Below, piece by piece: positions 37,189-51,769 of a DNA stretch of 64,000 bases; position 1 is the stretch's first letter; the number at the start of each line of letters is the position of its first letter. Under the pieces are notes generated by a model. It made no database searches, had not been told where the DNA came from, and saw only the letters and a list, made by a program, of their open reading frames with translations. Source of the DNA: Octopus vulgaris (Eukaryota); NCBI GenBank assembly GCA_951406725.2, contig OX597825.1:14880001-14944000 (forward strand), read 5' to 3'. A program made the translations under genes and the position numbers.

Positions 37189-37342
37189 ACGTCCCCGTAA
37201 CTTAGTGATTCGGCAAAAGAAGCCGATAGAATAAGTACTAGGCTTACATAGAATAAGTCCTGGTGTCGATTTCCTCGACTAAAGGCGCTGCTCCACCATG
37301 GCCGAAGTCAAAAATGACTGAAACAAATAAAAGAGTAAAATA
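37189..37342 (+). mobile_element. SINE family A, 3' half
   Basis: CGTCCCCGTAACTTAG..GGCGCTGCTCCACCATGGCC..AAAAGAGTA. Confidence 0.85.
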
Positions 37343-37992
37343 GTCACTTTGATCAAGTAAAATTATCCAAGGCGGTGCTCCAGCATGGCAGCTGTCTAAT
37401 TAATGAAACTGCATATTTTAAAGGAATCTGCTATATCAAGCCATCATTGTTCCGCGAGTAGCCATTCATTGCAGAGATGTATATGTTCTTTTAGTATGTA
37501 TTGACTCTATAAGGTTAGTCGCCATCCGGGCAGATGTAATGAAGTATAACAGGTTCAATGAAGGGGGTCTGATATTTTCGTGTGTACACGATTTATTTTA
37601 TCAGTAGGTGGAAATATACATTGCAAAATTTGTTGTTCATAATTCGTCCTATCTATGAGATTTGTAGCCAAAACTGAAGCCTAGAGAAAGTGTCCGGCGG
37701 GCATTGTGACTGAGTTTCAGACGAACCGCGCTCAGAATGTATTCCATACAAATAAGATTCAATGTTGGTTTATTCATAAGCTGCAAAGTAACGAAGAGCA
37801 GCGGACGAAATATTTGACAGCGTATATATTTGCTCGTGTATGCTGTGAATTGAAATAACATTTAGATGAAGTTGTCGACGATCGTAAATTTGATAAGTTC
37901 CTGTCTCAGTATATGCGTTTATATACATGCATAAAAGCACAGTTCCTCATAAATTTACATCTGTACATATATACATACATATATGCATAAAA

Positions 37993-38037
<45 letters not shown>

Positions 38038-38212
38038 CTGTACACCACTTCAAATAATCTATAGATAAGCTCACATACACACATGTGTATATATATAGAT
38101 AGATAGATAAATAGATAGATAGGTAGACAGACAGATAGATATATAGACAGACAGACAGATATATAGACAGACAGACAGGCATATAGATATATCGACAGAC
38201 AGACAGACAGAC

Positions 38213-38283
<71 letters not shown>

Positions 38284-38481
38284 CAGATAGATAGATAGAT
38301 ACACATGCATATAAGAATAAGCGTATGTATATACAAAAGTTTATTCACACTCATAGTCACACACATGCGCTCTCAAACACACACACACACACTAACACAT
38401 TAATACATACACACACGTATCGTTATATATTTTATTTCTATTATACGGCCATAGTGTAAACAAATATCGTATATATATCGT

Positions 38482-38518
<37 letters not shown>

Positions 38519-39179
38519 ACGTACATTGTTTATAAAAGAATTTGTGTATCATTTCCTCTCCTTGGCCATGTTCCTCTTAAGTATAGACAAATATCACCAC
38601 TATCATTATTAACTATCTGTCATTATAATGTAAAAGGATATTTCAGCCTAGAACGTCTTAATTATAATCTTATAATCTTTTGCCAGTATGATAAAGTATT
38701 TTTAACAAAGACTGAAAAAGATTTGCTCCCTATTTAGATTATAGCTGTTCTGGTATTAATCCTCGTCTTTGTAGTCACCTATTACTTTGCGTATATTTTT
38801 ACTATTTATTGTTTATCCTGCATTCCGAATCGTTATATTTTTCATACTGTAGAGCATTCTGTAAGTATTACTTTCGCCAGTCTGCAGATCTTTATGCTTG
38901 CATAACTCATCCGTTCTTTTTGAAGCAGATATTCACTTGTCAGGATGAATGCGCCTTCTTCTGACAGCGTATTTGAATTAATCAGCATATATAACTTCTA
39001 TCAAATTTCCATTTTGTCATTCCTAAACAGATCATGTAATGTATATTCTGTAATCTGTTTCCTGCATAAATTCCATTTTCTTTTTACACAACCATCATTA
39101 GTCGCTTGTTATATATTACTAAAGTATTATTAATGTTATATGGTATTACTTTCTTATATAATATTTCATATCAGTCGAT

Positions 39180-39575
39180 GGTAAAATAAGTAGGTTATCG
39201 AACGTCATTTGTTGTATCTCGGGTGGATTATTATGCCAATTAAAATCACATGCAATAGTCTTTAGATAGGGTATGCCCTTGATAAAGTTGCGAACGGTAA
39301 CAGAGTGACTTTGGCAGATTTGATTAATAAAAAAACCGGTTAGTTAATTGGTTAAATGGTAGATCAATAGGTTAAAAAAATTAAAGATATGAAACAGAAC
39401 CAATGAATATATTTATTATAGACATAACGACCCTCCCAATATACAGCAAAATATGCTTCAGCAAACGGTTTCATATCAGGAAAATTTACGAACCAAAAAG
39501 AAAATCGAAAATAGTTTTTGACAATTAATTAAGACAAGTAAAGTCCGCTTTCGAAACCATCCAGTACATATCATT
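39180..39575. mobile_element. Penelope-like ORF fragments
   Basis: Plus: ..LQQTVSYQENLRT..KVRFRNH (GIY-YIG region like); minus: ..HNNPPEIQQM (like the SNHPP motif). Confidence 0.35.
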
Positions 39576-39678
39576 TCCATTCTTCCAATATACAAGGTAA
39601 AAGTATACAAATTATTATACAGTCAATTTTATCTAGTCTTTGACTGAACCCATATTGTGTAGCCCCAATCGAAGAAAT

Positions 39679-39764
39679 TCGGTACATAAATGTTAAGAGA
39701 TATGAAAGTAATGTTTGGTTACAACTAAACATTACTTTCATATCTCTTAACATTTATGTACCGA
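39679..39764. repeat. near-perfect palindrome (42-bp arms, 2-nt centre)
   Basis: 39679-39720 is the reverse complement of 39723-39764 with a single G:T. Confidence 0.95.
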
Positions 39765-40199
39765 TTCCGGGAGTTTTTAAAGTATATAACTAAGTGTTGA
39801 CTAAGTCATCCCGAAATCAGTTGCTTTAGATTACGTATGCGCAGATGCCATGTACTGATTTCGAAGAGTATTCGTAGGTGAACGCATTGAAAATACTTCA
39901 AGTTCACTTCCGATGTAATATATTATTTTACTTGACTAACCTACATGAATGGTAGTATCACAAAGGCTTGCTGGGAAAGTAACCCGTTATTTACATCTAG
40001 ACACTGGTATATTTTTGATAGCCTACTGGTTTGATATTTCCCTTATGCTTTCATATGAAGTTTTATTTTTTCCACTTGAAAGCCAGTATTTCAATGATTG
40101 CGACGTAATTTGTTGTTGTAATTTGATTCTCCTCACTCTCGTTGATTTCTTTGTTTCTTTTTTATTTTAAGCCCCCTGTTTTCTTCTTCACCTCATCTT

Positions 40200-40700
40200 T
40201 TATATACCTGTGTACAGGACGTAATTAGAACTTTAAAAAACACCGCGAAACTAAGGCTCGTCTTATATACTCTGTATAAAATCTGAAACTTAAATTCATC
40301 TGGTTTAGAGTAGCATTAATGTCAATGTAAAAAAGTCGACGCATCAGTGGCGTCACTACAGTAGATATGTATTATAGATGGTAATTTACAATATTTGACC
40401 ACGTTTTGAAAATAACTAGATAAATACTATACAACCAAGACTGAAGAATTGTTGCATACAAAGTTTACTGACTGAAACATAGTTAAAATGCCATCGAAAC
40501 ACGAGAAAAGCAGGAGCCGCCGCAGGGGGAACCAAAGCGCACCCGTCCACTTCAGCTATGAAACTCGAGCCTTCGGCGCTCGAGCTATTTTGCATGAAAA
40601 CTTGGGTTAGACTTATATAGCAAGTATGGCTCAAAACTCACACTTTCAATGGAAATCTTGAGGGTCATCTTGTAAAGCCAGTCATTTTATATAACGATAT
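40200..40700. mobile_element. pogo/Tc2-like MITE relic
   Basis: Subterminal motifs GTGTACAGGACG..CTCGTCTTATATAC and GAGGGTCATCTTGTAAAGCCAGTCATTTTATA resemble Tc2/pogo ends. Confidence 0.35.
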
Positions 40701-40713
40701 ATATATATATATA

Positions 40714-40745
<32 letters not shown>

Positions 40746-40764
40746 GTGGCGATTAAACTACTCT

Positions 40765-40799
<35 letters not shown>

Positions 40800-41167
40800 A
40801 CGTGCGTGTGTATGTATGATGTATGCATGTATATATGTGTGTGACAATACGCTTTTAAAATGTACTTACATATATAAAATTTATTGACGCCTGTTCAAGA
40901 ACATAAAAAAGTAGCCATTGTTATTTCATTAGATTCAAAAGCTTTATTTATGTTTTAAAAAGGAGACATAGTAAATACTTTCTTTGCCATAATTCGATTT
41001 AAATTCTTACAATTCCATAACAAAATGTATCAGTGGCGTCTTGCATCTAAAATTAACAGCAACTTTTGGTCTTTTGACAAAAAAATAAAAGCAAGTTGAA
41101 TAACTTAGAGACGGACATTTGCTAACTATTCGAAAATATATTTCGGATTATATTATTTCCGTTGACG

Positions 41168-41576
41168 AAGGCGGCGAGCTGGCAGAAACGTTAGCACACC
41201 GGGCGAAATGCTTAGGGGTATTTCGTCTGCCGCTGCGTTCTGAATTCAAATTCCGCCGAGGTCGACTCAGCCTTTCATCCTTTCGGGGTCGATTAAATAA
41301 GTACCAGTTACGCACTGGGGTCGATATAATCGACTTCATCCTTTTGTCTGTCCTTGTTTGCACCTCTATGTTTAGCCCCTTGTGGGTAGTAAAGAAATAA
41401 GAAACGTTTGAACGCCGGGCGAAATGCTTTGCGGTACTTTGTCTCTCATTACGTTCTGAATTGAAATTCAGGCTTTCAGGGTCGATAAATTAAGTACCAG
41501 TTGCGTACTGAGATCAATCCAATCCACTAGCCCCCTTCTCAAATATTTCGGACCTTGTGCCTAGAGTAGGAAAGAA
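41168..41576 (+). mobile_element. composite SINE family B (full unit plus variant unit with another tail)
   Basis: 14-bp TSD TATTTCCGTTGACG at 41154-41167 and 41577-41590 encloses both units. Confidence 0.88.
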
Positions 41577-42128
41577 TATTTCCGTTGACGTCATTTCGAG
41601 AAAATATATTGCGAGTTTGTTTTATTTTTATTCTTATTTTTGCCGATGAAATATGAGGAAAAAAGGTTTAGTTTTAAATCGTCGTATTGTACTCGTTGAT
41701 CTCTTACCGACATTGCAGATCTTTCTCAGAATATTACTGCGGTCACCAAATTGTTGTTAGATCTGTATTCTAATATATTTCGAACAATGAAATTTCAGCA
41801 GATAAATCTACCTGCACTGCATCGAATGCTGTGCAGAGCGATACCTTGTCATTCACTTCTCACAGTAAGATAATTTATTGATTCTTAATTCTTATATCCA
41901 TACTACTAATTATCGTTTCTGCCTACCTCTACACTGCTCCATTTTTCCCTTTCAATCATGTAAAATATGCTAAACGTACACCGGGGAACTCCTTACTTAA
42001 AATATGTTATGAAGAGCAGTACGACAGATGATGCCTAGTAGATGTATGCGGTGAAATTGCTCTCAAGTCAAACCACTAGGGACATAACCAAGACATAGTT
42101 TAGATACAACATTCTAAAGTCTCCTTGA

Positions 42129-42187
<59 letters not shown>

Positions 42188-42190
<3 letters not shown>

Positions 42191-42426
42191 AGAAAAAATA
42201 GAAAATGCTACAATAATTTTATAAAGAACAGTTCAGTACCGGTTTCAATTATTGAGATTTTTTCAACTGTAACAATTAAATTATTAGATTTAGAAAAATT
42301 AAGAGAAAAGTTTTTTAAAAAGAATATTTGTATAGTGTTCAAGTATAAGTGGTATTTTCCTTGTTTCTGCCTGTCTCTGTCTCTCTTGTTTACTCTTGTG
42401 GGCTCGAGGTCATTGTGGTCTCGAGG

Positions 42427-42430
<4 letters not shown>
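42188..42430 (-). mobile_element. Penelope-LTR-like cassette inside (TA)n
   Basis: Minus CAG-TTGAAAA..GAAACCGGTA-CTG, a degenerate hammerhead layout; flanked by (TA)n on both sides. Confidence 0.45.
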
Positions 42431-42472
<42 letters not shown>

Positions 42473-42539
42473 TGAGAGCAATATTCCTTTCATGAATGGA
42501 ATGTATGTATTCACAGTGTTCCAGTATTTCAATTCAATA

Positions 42540-44870
42540 TGGAAATATTACATATGTTTTGTGTTCATATGTCAAACATAATTCCAATTGTGGTTGTAAT
42601 AATTTTAAAAGCTATTTTCATCCTTAATCAGTTAATTTTAGGTGATTTTAATTTCAATATCACTTACTCTATTCCTAGTTTTTCCTTATCTCTCTCTATA
42701 TATATACAATGTTTTTTGAGAGCGGCTCCAAATATAACTATATTTCATAAAAGATATATCGATTGCTTCTGGTCATCCTGAGATATATATATATATGTAT
42801 ATAATCCAGGTTATATTCTATTGCAGTGAGTGATTTAACAATCAGTTATTGTATTTCAGCTGTATTTTTTATGATCTCAAAGAAGGTTGAGCATCAAAAG
42901 TAAATTAATACTAAAGCGCTTTCTTAGCTCCGTCGAACAGAGAATTATTTCGAAGCATTCGAGTTAGTATCTCAATATTGTAACGTATTTTATGCTTTTT
43001 ATGCCCCGGTTTATATTTCCGGTTTGCTAAAAATATCTTTCTTAAATGTTGGTGTCCTACAGGCATTCTGTTGCAAAATACTATCTGATATAATGCTGTC
43101 TGTAATATAGGTGAATGTCAGATTTAATATTTTGATTGGAAATAATTTTAATAGAACCAACATTGTTAAGAACACTTTTTTTGCAGTTTCTGTATTTTTA
43201 TATTCATGCAATTTTTTTTTTTTATAAAATGTTGGAAGCTTTTATCAATTATAAAAATTACTTTTCCCATATGTTTCTTGTAGCAGTTCCATTTCATTTA
43301 CATTTCTTTATATTTTATATTATTTTATATTTTTCGTGATCGGAAATTTATTGTCTGTAATGATTTCATTCATTACAATGGTGACATTTCAATTTGGATA
43401 ATAAAATAATAAATTTACATTTCTATACATATAAATATGCATGGATATATGCGTATGAATGTGTGCAATTTATCATTGAATGGAATTCAAAAATCGTTTA
43501 TAATAATAATATCAAAGCAATGTTTGTAAGAAAGAAATTGTAATTACTATAATTACTTTATTCAAAGATGTTGATATTTTCAGATGTGACATGCCTGACT
43601 AAACTTGAGAAATATCGACATGCGTCGCTGAACAATCCATTAGCAATGACACACAAATAAATTCATAAAATTAATTCACATCTCAATGCTGTTAAACACT
43701 TTATATTTTAATTGATTCAATATTTTCTTGACGTTCTGCGAATGATTTGCATTTATATAATTTTAACTATGTTTCTATTTTCGTAACAATTTTTATATTA
43801 CTAGCATCAAACAGCGACAGTTTTTACTTGTATTTAAATTCATTACATTATTGTTTCTATATTGAATTTATATATATTTATTCATTTTTTCCTCATCAAA
43901 ACTCAATCATGTTCGAATGCATTTTAATTTAATAACAAAATTTAATGTATTATTTTTTCCAATGAGTTTTGCATAATACGTTTCAAAATTTCCAAGTATT
44001 TACATGCTTCTGGATTTAAGTATCAAACTTTCAAATACCGTATATTTCCTGGGGTTACTGAAGAGTAAATGTTGTCTGTAGGTGTAGGTCAATATCGATG
44101 TATATATACAGTAATCATTATATATTTATGTTTAGCAATTTAGCAATTAAAAAATAATTTCTGTATAGCATTAAATGATTCCTTAAACTACAAACAAGAT
44201 TATTTTTGTGTTATATTCTCAGATTAAGGCAGGAATATATATATGCCTGAAGTATTAAAGGAATTATTCAGTTAGTTCAACAGTTTTTTAAGAGCACCTA
44301 GCATTTACACTTCCTCGAATAAAGTGACAAATAAGCATTTTTTCTGGAAATTCTATCATGTTATTAAATTCCATTAATTGGTTTGGCAAATATATACACT
44401 TATACTTTTTGTGGCGTTGCTACAACGAGAGGAAAACATTAAAAAGACATTATGCTTCTAATAAAATTAGTACAGAACACATGCAGTAAAAGCTACGAAT
44501 AACAACAGAAAAAATAAACTGCTTTCAAACGCGGTTCACACATTTTTAAAGTACTACCGAACAGATGTTATTGAGTTATGAACAAACACGGACTGCACAT
44601 AAACATGCCTGGCAAGGTAAAAATAAATATTAATTGCTAATAAACAGACTGATAAAAGCAGTCATGTTTGGAAAACATGTATGTGTATGTAAAATGTTCG
44701 TGATAAAGCGTGACAGAAAACTGAAAATATTATCGATAAAAGTTGCTGACATCCCCATGATTGCCAATGGATCACAGTTCTGCTGCATTTCGGATTCTGC
44801 TTGAGAGAAATACTGATTATTATCCATCCTAGACTAAATATTAAATGAATATTGGACGAGATTCTCAAGG
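42540..44870. mobile_element. scattered Penelope-like RT fragments
   Basis: Plus: PNITIFHKRYID (about 42725-42765); minus: DNNQYFSQ..ATFIDNIFSFL (44630-44827), resembling the PLE RT RY/FIDDIF motif. Confidence 0.4.
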
Positions 44871-47188
44871 AACAGAAGTTAAAAATTCATTCAGATCATA
44901 TGAAATTTAGTTAAGGTGGCAACTCTTAAATGTAAAGAGCTTACTTTTTTTTAAATGTGCCGGCCTCTACACGGAGTGAGCTTCATGAAAAATGACAATA
45001 TCCTGTAAACATGCAGAGGTCCGCAAACAACTGTGATTATAACGTATGAACCCAAACGCATGCGGTCGTCGAGATGGGGATTATAGATTAGAGGCCATTG
45101 AAGAAGTTCTTGATAGACACCACCTTGAAGTGGATGAACTTGTGGCTTGACGAAATACTGACTAAATTCGTAGATTTGCTACTGGAAAAGATGTCAAAAG
45201 CAACCCCGACCGATACCTGTGAATAAATTTTGTATAAAGAAGTCAAATAAAGTATTTAGTAACAAATAAAGGAATTAAATAGATTTGCCTGTATAAGCCT
45301 GGCATCATCATTTTTTATTTCTCCCATGAGAATGGTACCAAAATAGCACTCGCTAGATGGGGCCCATTTTTATGACTACCTGATTATTTATGTAAACCAT
45401 ACTTCCAGCACCCATGGCTGATGTAGATAACTATATTTATCAAGGATTGTGGGAGCGTGATTAGCCACAAGACTCTTTTATTCATCCATCTCATTCTAGA
45501 ATCACATTACTGAATGTTGTATGCACTTCCGGTGAACGTGATGCCAAAGAATATAATACTTCCTTTGACAGCTTTCAGTTTCAAATTAAGCAGATTTTCT
45601 CTTACTTGTCGCCATTCACTCTGAGGCCGTCAGCGCCTAATCGAGATATGTGCAGTGGAAATCTTTCCTAACACAAAAACATCTTGAAATCCGCCAGGGA
45701 ACCCTCTGCCATCTAATCAATGAAGATGTATACATCTCTATTTCAGTAAAACTTTGGTTTTGTAAAGATATAATACCCTATAATGAAAGAGCGCATCTAA
45801 ATAAGCAATCAATTTGAGATCAGGTTATTCTAGAATGGACTGTAATCTATACATTCAAATGCAAATATTATCGCTCTTGGTATTTTCAAATTTGGTGAAG
45901 GACCCTTCTAAAGTTAATAGACGTTGTTGACAACTACATTGATATTCTCGCTTCCCTTGGTCATTACGAAATTTATAAAGTAAATGCTAATAAATATTTT
46001 TTACGCAGTAACCGTGCATTTGATATTCTTGTCGCTAATATTAAGTGTCATCGACCCTTTCCCAAGAAGGTGCAGTGTGTCTTTCCAGTCCACTGAAGAG
46101 ATAACATGTTCCAAACAAGATCAGCAAAACGGTGCACACAGATCACACGTATGCAAAATGTGGAGTGAAGGCCATATTCATCATTGGTCAGTACTTCACA
46201 TCTACACCTATGGATTTGTCTGTCCACAGAACTCTGCACAACGTATCTATAGATCCCACGTTGTCCAGATTTAGAGAAAACCATAACTCAACTGTGTAGC
46301 TAGTTGTGGATAAGTAGGTTCGTTAAATAGTTCTTAAATGATTCGACGGTATTTTAGATTAGAAATAATCGATGCCTGCTTCTTGTCCATCAATATTCGA
46401 ATTTCATGTAAATAGAGGTCTTCGATGTTGAACAACACGTACGGAATGGACATTCTGTCTCCCTAGCAATCGATAGTTAGTAGTGCTACTATTTCCGAAA
46501 TAATCGGTCTTCCAACAAACAGTCGTTCGATTTTGCTCGCAACCCTGAGCCGCAACAGATATTTTCAGTTGCTGCACTTATTCCTCGGATTATACTTGTT
46601 TCATTCTTCATGTCTGAAGTGCGTGTTGTTTTACGCGTGAGATACGCAAGACTATTTTTCAGTATGATCCAGGACACTTTTATTCTTATTCGGACATGCA
46701 ATGCTCTGTTCGGACCACAGCCTAGTCTGCGTGCTTTTAACGACCTGTTTCAACATGAACAGCGCAACTGCACTTAAGTAACCAGACATATCATCATAAG
46801 AGTCGTTATTATTATTTGCAGTTCGTGTAACGTGTGTGGGTAGGTTCCAAATTGATTAAACGAAGATATCACTGATTAGTTCACGTGAGCTATGTTTCAA
46901 AAATCGGTTAACATTAATGCAGTAATCACCATTTTCATATTAGATGATGTTTTTGAGACTTTACCATTATTAGTTGCATTCGCATCCCAGTCGTTTGCAA
47001 CACTTTGGTGACCGCAGGTGGCCTTAATTATTGACCACGAAGATCGGAGTAGAACTGAACTTTCAGAAGATTGTTCTTTAACCCTGCCGCAATTGTTGCT
47101 CATAAATGTCAACAGTTTAGGAGGCAGTACTGGTCAAGGTGACCACCACATAACGGTACAAAGCAATTTCAGATTTCCAAGAAATATA

Positions 47189-47415
47189 TTGGGTTATCCG
47201 GAAAGTTCTTGCCGATTTTTGAAGGAAAGAAAAAAGGTCAATAAATACTTGCCAATATATTTTTAATCAACCAAATATGAACCATTTTGTTACACAATGC
47301 GTCTCCATCTTTCCTTTAACTTGAAAATACCCTCTTCCGAGAATTGAGGTTCCTGTGAGGGTAAGTCGAAAAGTAAGCTACTATAAAATCGGCACGAACT
47401 TTCCAGACAACCTAA
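47189..47415 (-). mobile_element. internally deleted mariner (MITE)
   Basis: TA-flanked ~30-bp TIRs TTGGGTTATCCGGAAAGTTCTTGCCGATTTT / AAAATCGGCACGAACTTTCCAGACAACCTAA; minus strand encodes GIFKLKERWRRIV*QNGSYLVD*, a mariner C-terminus. Confidence 0.88.
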
Positions 47416-47811
47416 TACTTCCTACAATTGTCAACAGCAATCGAGACTGATATATACTATTTTAGGAGTTCGTTGGAAGCAGCAACAATACCGAAATGAC
47501 ACTTACACACCCGATCTAATTTAGAAGTACTTGTGCAGCGATGAAGAATAATGGTAAGGAATGATTTTGGCACATATTATATGTAGCAATTTCTTAAGCT
47601 TCTGGGAGTTCTATCATAGCTGGACAGTTCTGAATCTAGTTACCTGTTGTAAGCGTATACTAGTAAAGGTAATGGAAATTGATCACATTGATCCCGATTA
47701 CTGCTATTTCTACACCAAGGGAACAATATCGTTTTGCTTCTTTTTTCTATCTGTCATATTTTACTTGTCTGATTTTCTATCTATCTGTCTGCCTCTTTCT
47801 CTCTCACTCTA

Positions 47812-47888
<77 letters not shown>

Positions 47889-48889
47889 CTATATATCTAT
47901 TTATCTATCTGGCTATCTATTTATTTATTTGTGTATCTATCTACACACACAGACTCACATACACAGATGTGTATATACATGTTTCTGTGTGTTTGTGTGT
48001 CTATGTGTTTGCGTGTCTGTGTGTCTGTGCGTCTGTGTGTGCGTTTGTTTCTGCAGGGGGCTTTGTGCATGTGTGTGTGTGTGGTGTATGTGAGTGTTTT
48101 ACTTCCTATGTGCGTGCATGTGGTTGTACGCACGCGCAGGTTCCCAAGTGAAATATATTACGAAATCTACCATCAAAAATTTTAACTATCACGAGAAAGC
48201 ATTTTTAAAAACTATTTAACCTAATTTAATTGAAATGAGAAATTGAACGTAGTTTAAACATATTTGTCTTTTTAATTCAATTTCATTTCAAATAAAGGAT
48301 GCTTTATGTAAAAGATCTCCATCAAATGAATTCCATTGTCTATAGAAATCATGGTTGACCATCATTTAAAATCAAATATGAGTAGGAAATATACTCTGCT
48401 TCCTTCTAGACTTATATAACATGTCTACGGTTTTGTATCCCGTTATCTAGTTATAATTAATTTCCATTGAATTCAAAACAGTTCATTTCCATTCACTATA
48501 AATTAATTAAAGATTTGGCTATATTTATTTGTTTGTAACCACAAATTTCATAAATGTTATAAATGAGATAGACAAATAAAGAAATGATAACAAAGAAGGA
48601 AAGTTATAAATAATAAAACACACATGAAGAAAATAAATCTGAAAGATGTTTCTGATTGAAATTAAATTATATTTAAAATTTACAATCGTTGAAAACGATT
48701 TACAAATATATAATTGTTGATGTTTATGATAACCTTGGTGATGATGGCGAAGATATTGATTATAGTGTTGGTAGTAGAGTTAGTTGGAATACGATAGGAA
48801 TAATTCAAAAGAACATCATTTTAAACATCGTCATTTTCATTTCCCATTTGTTATTTGCAGCATGGTCACCATCATTATTCTTATTAAAC

Positions 48890-49440
48890 AACAATTAATC
48901 ATCCTTATCATCATCAGTCTCCGCATCATTATTTTCAGTATCATTATAATCATTGTCGACTAGGTCACGATCATCAATCGTAGTCGTCATCGGAACCATC
49001 ATTGTCACCACCACAATCATCATCATCATAAACATCACCATCATCATCACCATCATCATCAACACCATCTTCACCATCACCATCATCATCGCCATCATCG
49101 CCACCATCACAAACATCACCATCACCATCACCACCATCACCATCACCACCACCATCACCATCACCATCATCTCATCACCATCACCATCACCATCATCTCC
49201 ATCATCATCATCATCACCACCATCACTATCACCACCATCAACATCCACCTCCTCCTCATCATCATCATGATCATCACTATCATCATCACCATCACCATCA
49301 TCACAACCACCACCACCACCACCACCATCACCACCATCACCACCATCCTCATCATCAAAATCAATTACATCGCCCTCCTTCATTGTAAAGGTCGTCGTCG
49401 TCGCCGTCGTGATAGTTATTATCATCATTTGTCTTCATCT
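48890..49440. repeat. (CAT/CAC)n trinucleotide tract
   Basis: Simple repeat that gives open frames on both strands. Confidence 0.95.
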
Positions 49441-49582
49441 TTCATGACATTTCTTTCAACTCTATTATTAATTTTAAAGTACTGTATCTTGAATTAAATC
49501 ACTAGTATACATTTATACACACGTCTAAGCGAATAAGACGCAAATGTGTATAGTTTTGTCTATGATATCCTTCTTACTCTCA

Positions 49583-49629
<47 letters not shown>

Positions 49630-49845
49630 AATATATATATATATATATATACACATACATGAACGCATACATACGTATATATGTATGTCTATATATAGAT
49701 ATATATATACATATATACACATACATGAACACATACATACGTATATATGTATGACTATATATAGACATATATATATATATATATATATTAAATGGAGAAA
49801 TACAATTGACAATCTAACAATTTACACGCAATTACATATATATAT

Positions 49846-49879
49846 AAAGTTGAAAAAGAGGGTTACTCTAATGTGCGTG

Positions 49880-49910
<31 letters not shown>

Positions 49911-49935
49911 TAGAGTAACCCTCTTTTTCAACTTT
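49846..49935. repeat. hairpin/foldback element centred on (TA)n
   Basis: AAAGTTGAAAAAGAGGGTTACTCTA..TAGAGTAACCCTCTTTTTCAACTTT, perfect 25-bp outer arms. Confidence 0.9.
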
Positions 49936-51195
49936 CTAAACATTTACCTACCACCGCTTATCTTTTTGAAGTTTTCGCTCAGAAAGTCATTTTTTCAGAA
50001 AGAAATGTTTATCTCTTATATAACTTTCTCTTATATAAAAAAAAAATGCTTGTCCAGATTTATTTATTCTTGGTAAGACAAAGATAAGTGGCAATTAATA
50101 TAATGGGGAAAGCAACTTGCAAAGCTGAGGATAGAGCGCAGGTATTGGGCAAACACCTATTTTTCGCAGGCTTTAAAACACGCATAGTGTATCCAAATAT
50201 TATTTAGCCTCTAGGTACATGGCCTATACATGTTAAAAATCTGGAAAATTGAGAAATAACGAGAAACCGAGAAAAAGATTGAAGGTGGATTCAAAACCTG
50301 GTCCGGAGAATGAAACTGAAAATGAAAGGAAAAGACAAAAGGAATTAGAGTTATGTCCCTTATTATCAAAGGACCTTAAGGCGAGATTGTGTGGAATCAA
50401 CGATAAAGCTGCTCACTCCGGAGAGGGTGGTGCTCTCCAATTCACCAAAAGAAACTTGGACAATTGTTTACAATTTCTGAAAATTGTTTACAATTGTCAT
50501 CTAAAATTCAGCAGTAAGTTGGAATACTTACATCTAAAAATGATGTGAAGTAATTCATCTATGCATAACTCTTTTTGTTCTATTAATATATGGCATAGAT
50601 TTGTCTGCGACTTTCCATTCTACGACTTTCTATTCGTTTGCATGTTGGTCTACAAACACGATACGTAGCTAAATAACATAGAGGCTTTACTTTGTCCATG
50701 AGCAAGAAAGAAGCTAGGTGTTAACATAACGGCTTTTGAAGTCGCTATCGCAGAACGCGATGCAGTTCTTATTTTTGGTTAAGTTAGCATGTAACGTTGC
50801 TGCAACATCTGGTTTATCATGCAGCTCTGTTCGAGTGGACAAGCTCCAAGGAGTCGACAGTTTGTTGATGTTTGCAGGTAATAATTCTAGTTGTAGTGGA
50901 GAAACAGCTCTATAATGATTTAATCGAGCGTCTGCATTTGTGATTTTCTAGGAAATGTTTATTTGTGAAAGGCAGGAATCTTTTATCTGCATTAGTTTTA
51001 ACATTTAGGGAGAAACAAAATAACCCGTTAATGAAGTTCATGACATAATTTTATTTATTTCCTTGACATTTTAATTTGTCAGTACTGTTCTGTAATCGAC
51101 CTACACTTGGATCAGTAACTTTTGTACACAGAAATCTAACACCAGGTTTGTTAATATATCTATGCCTACGTGAAATAGGCTAAGCATTATAGCTA

Positions 51196-51426
51196 TTTCT
51201 TTACTACACACAAGGGGCTAAATACAGAGAGGACAAACAAGGACAGACAAACGGATTAAGTCGATTATATCAACCCCAGTGAGTAACTGGTACTTATTTA
51301 ATCGACCGCGAAAGGATGAAAGGCAATGTCGACCTCAGCGGAATTTGAACTCAGAATGTAGCGACAGACGAAATACTGCTAAGCATTTCGCCCGGCATCC
51401 TAACGACTCCGCCAGATCGCCGCCTT
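51196..51426 (-). mobile_element. SINE family B
   Basis: Full copy; ~16-bp TSD CTAAGCATTATA(G/C)CTA. Confidence 0.9.
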
Positions 51427-51698
51427 CTAAGCATTATACCTAGCGTGGAAATTATATATGCGAGAGTTGCTATGAGCTTATGTTATGTAGAACAGATATG
51501 ATTAATGAATTATGAATAACTACGTATATTTGAAATTTTGGTGAGTGAAAGTATATTTCATTTCCCGCCTGTTTATTTTGCTGTTATAACCACAGGTAGC
51601 ACGCATTTTATGCTAATAATGTTCTTTCCACAGCAAAAATTTACATTGTTAGTTTGTGTATGTGTGTGTGTGTGCGTGTTTGTATGTTTTTGCATGTG

Positions 51699-51730
<32 letters not shown>

Positions 51731-51769
51731 CTTGCGTGTATGTCTCTGTTAGTTTGTTTTCGTGTCTGT

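Noticed and set aside
45000-47150. Coding-like composition with an RVLWTD motif on minus (about 46225)
   Set aside because: Probably old transposon debris, but no collinear motif set could be identified to support a call.
48895-49428. 177-aa D/G/M-rich ORF and overlapping ORFs
   Set aside because: Product of a (CAT/CAC)n microsatellite.
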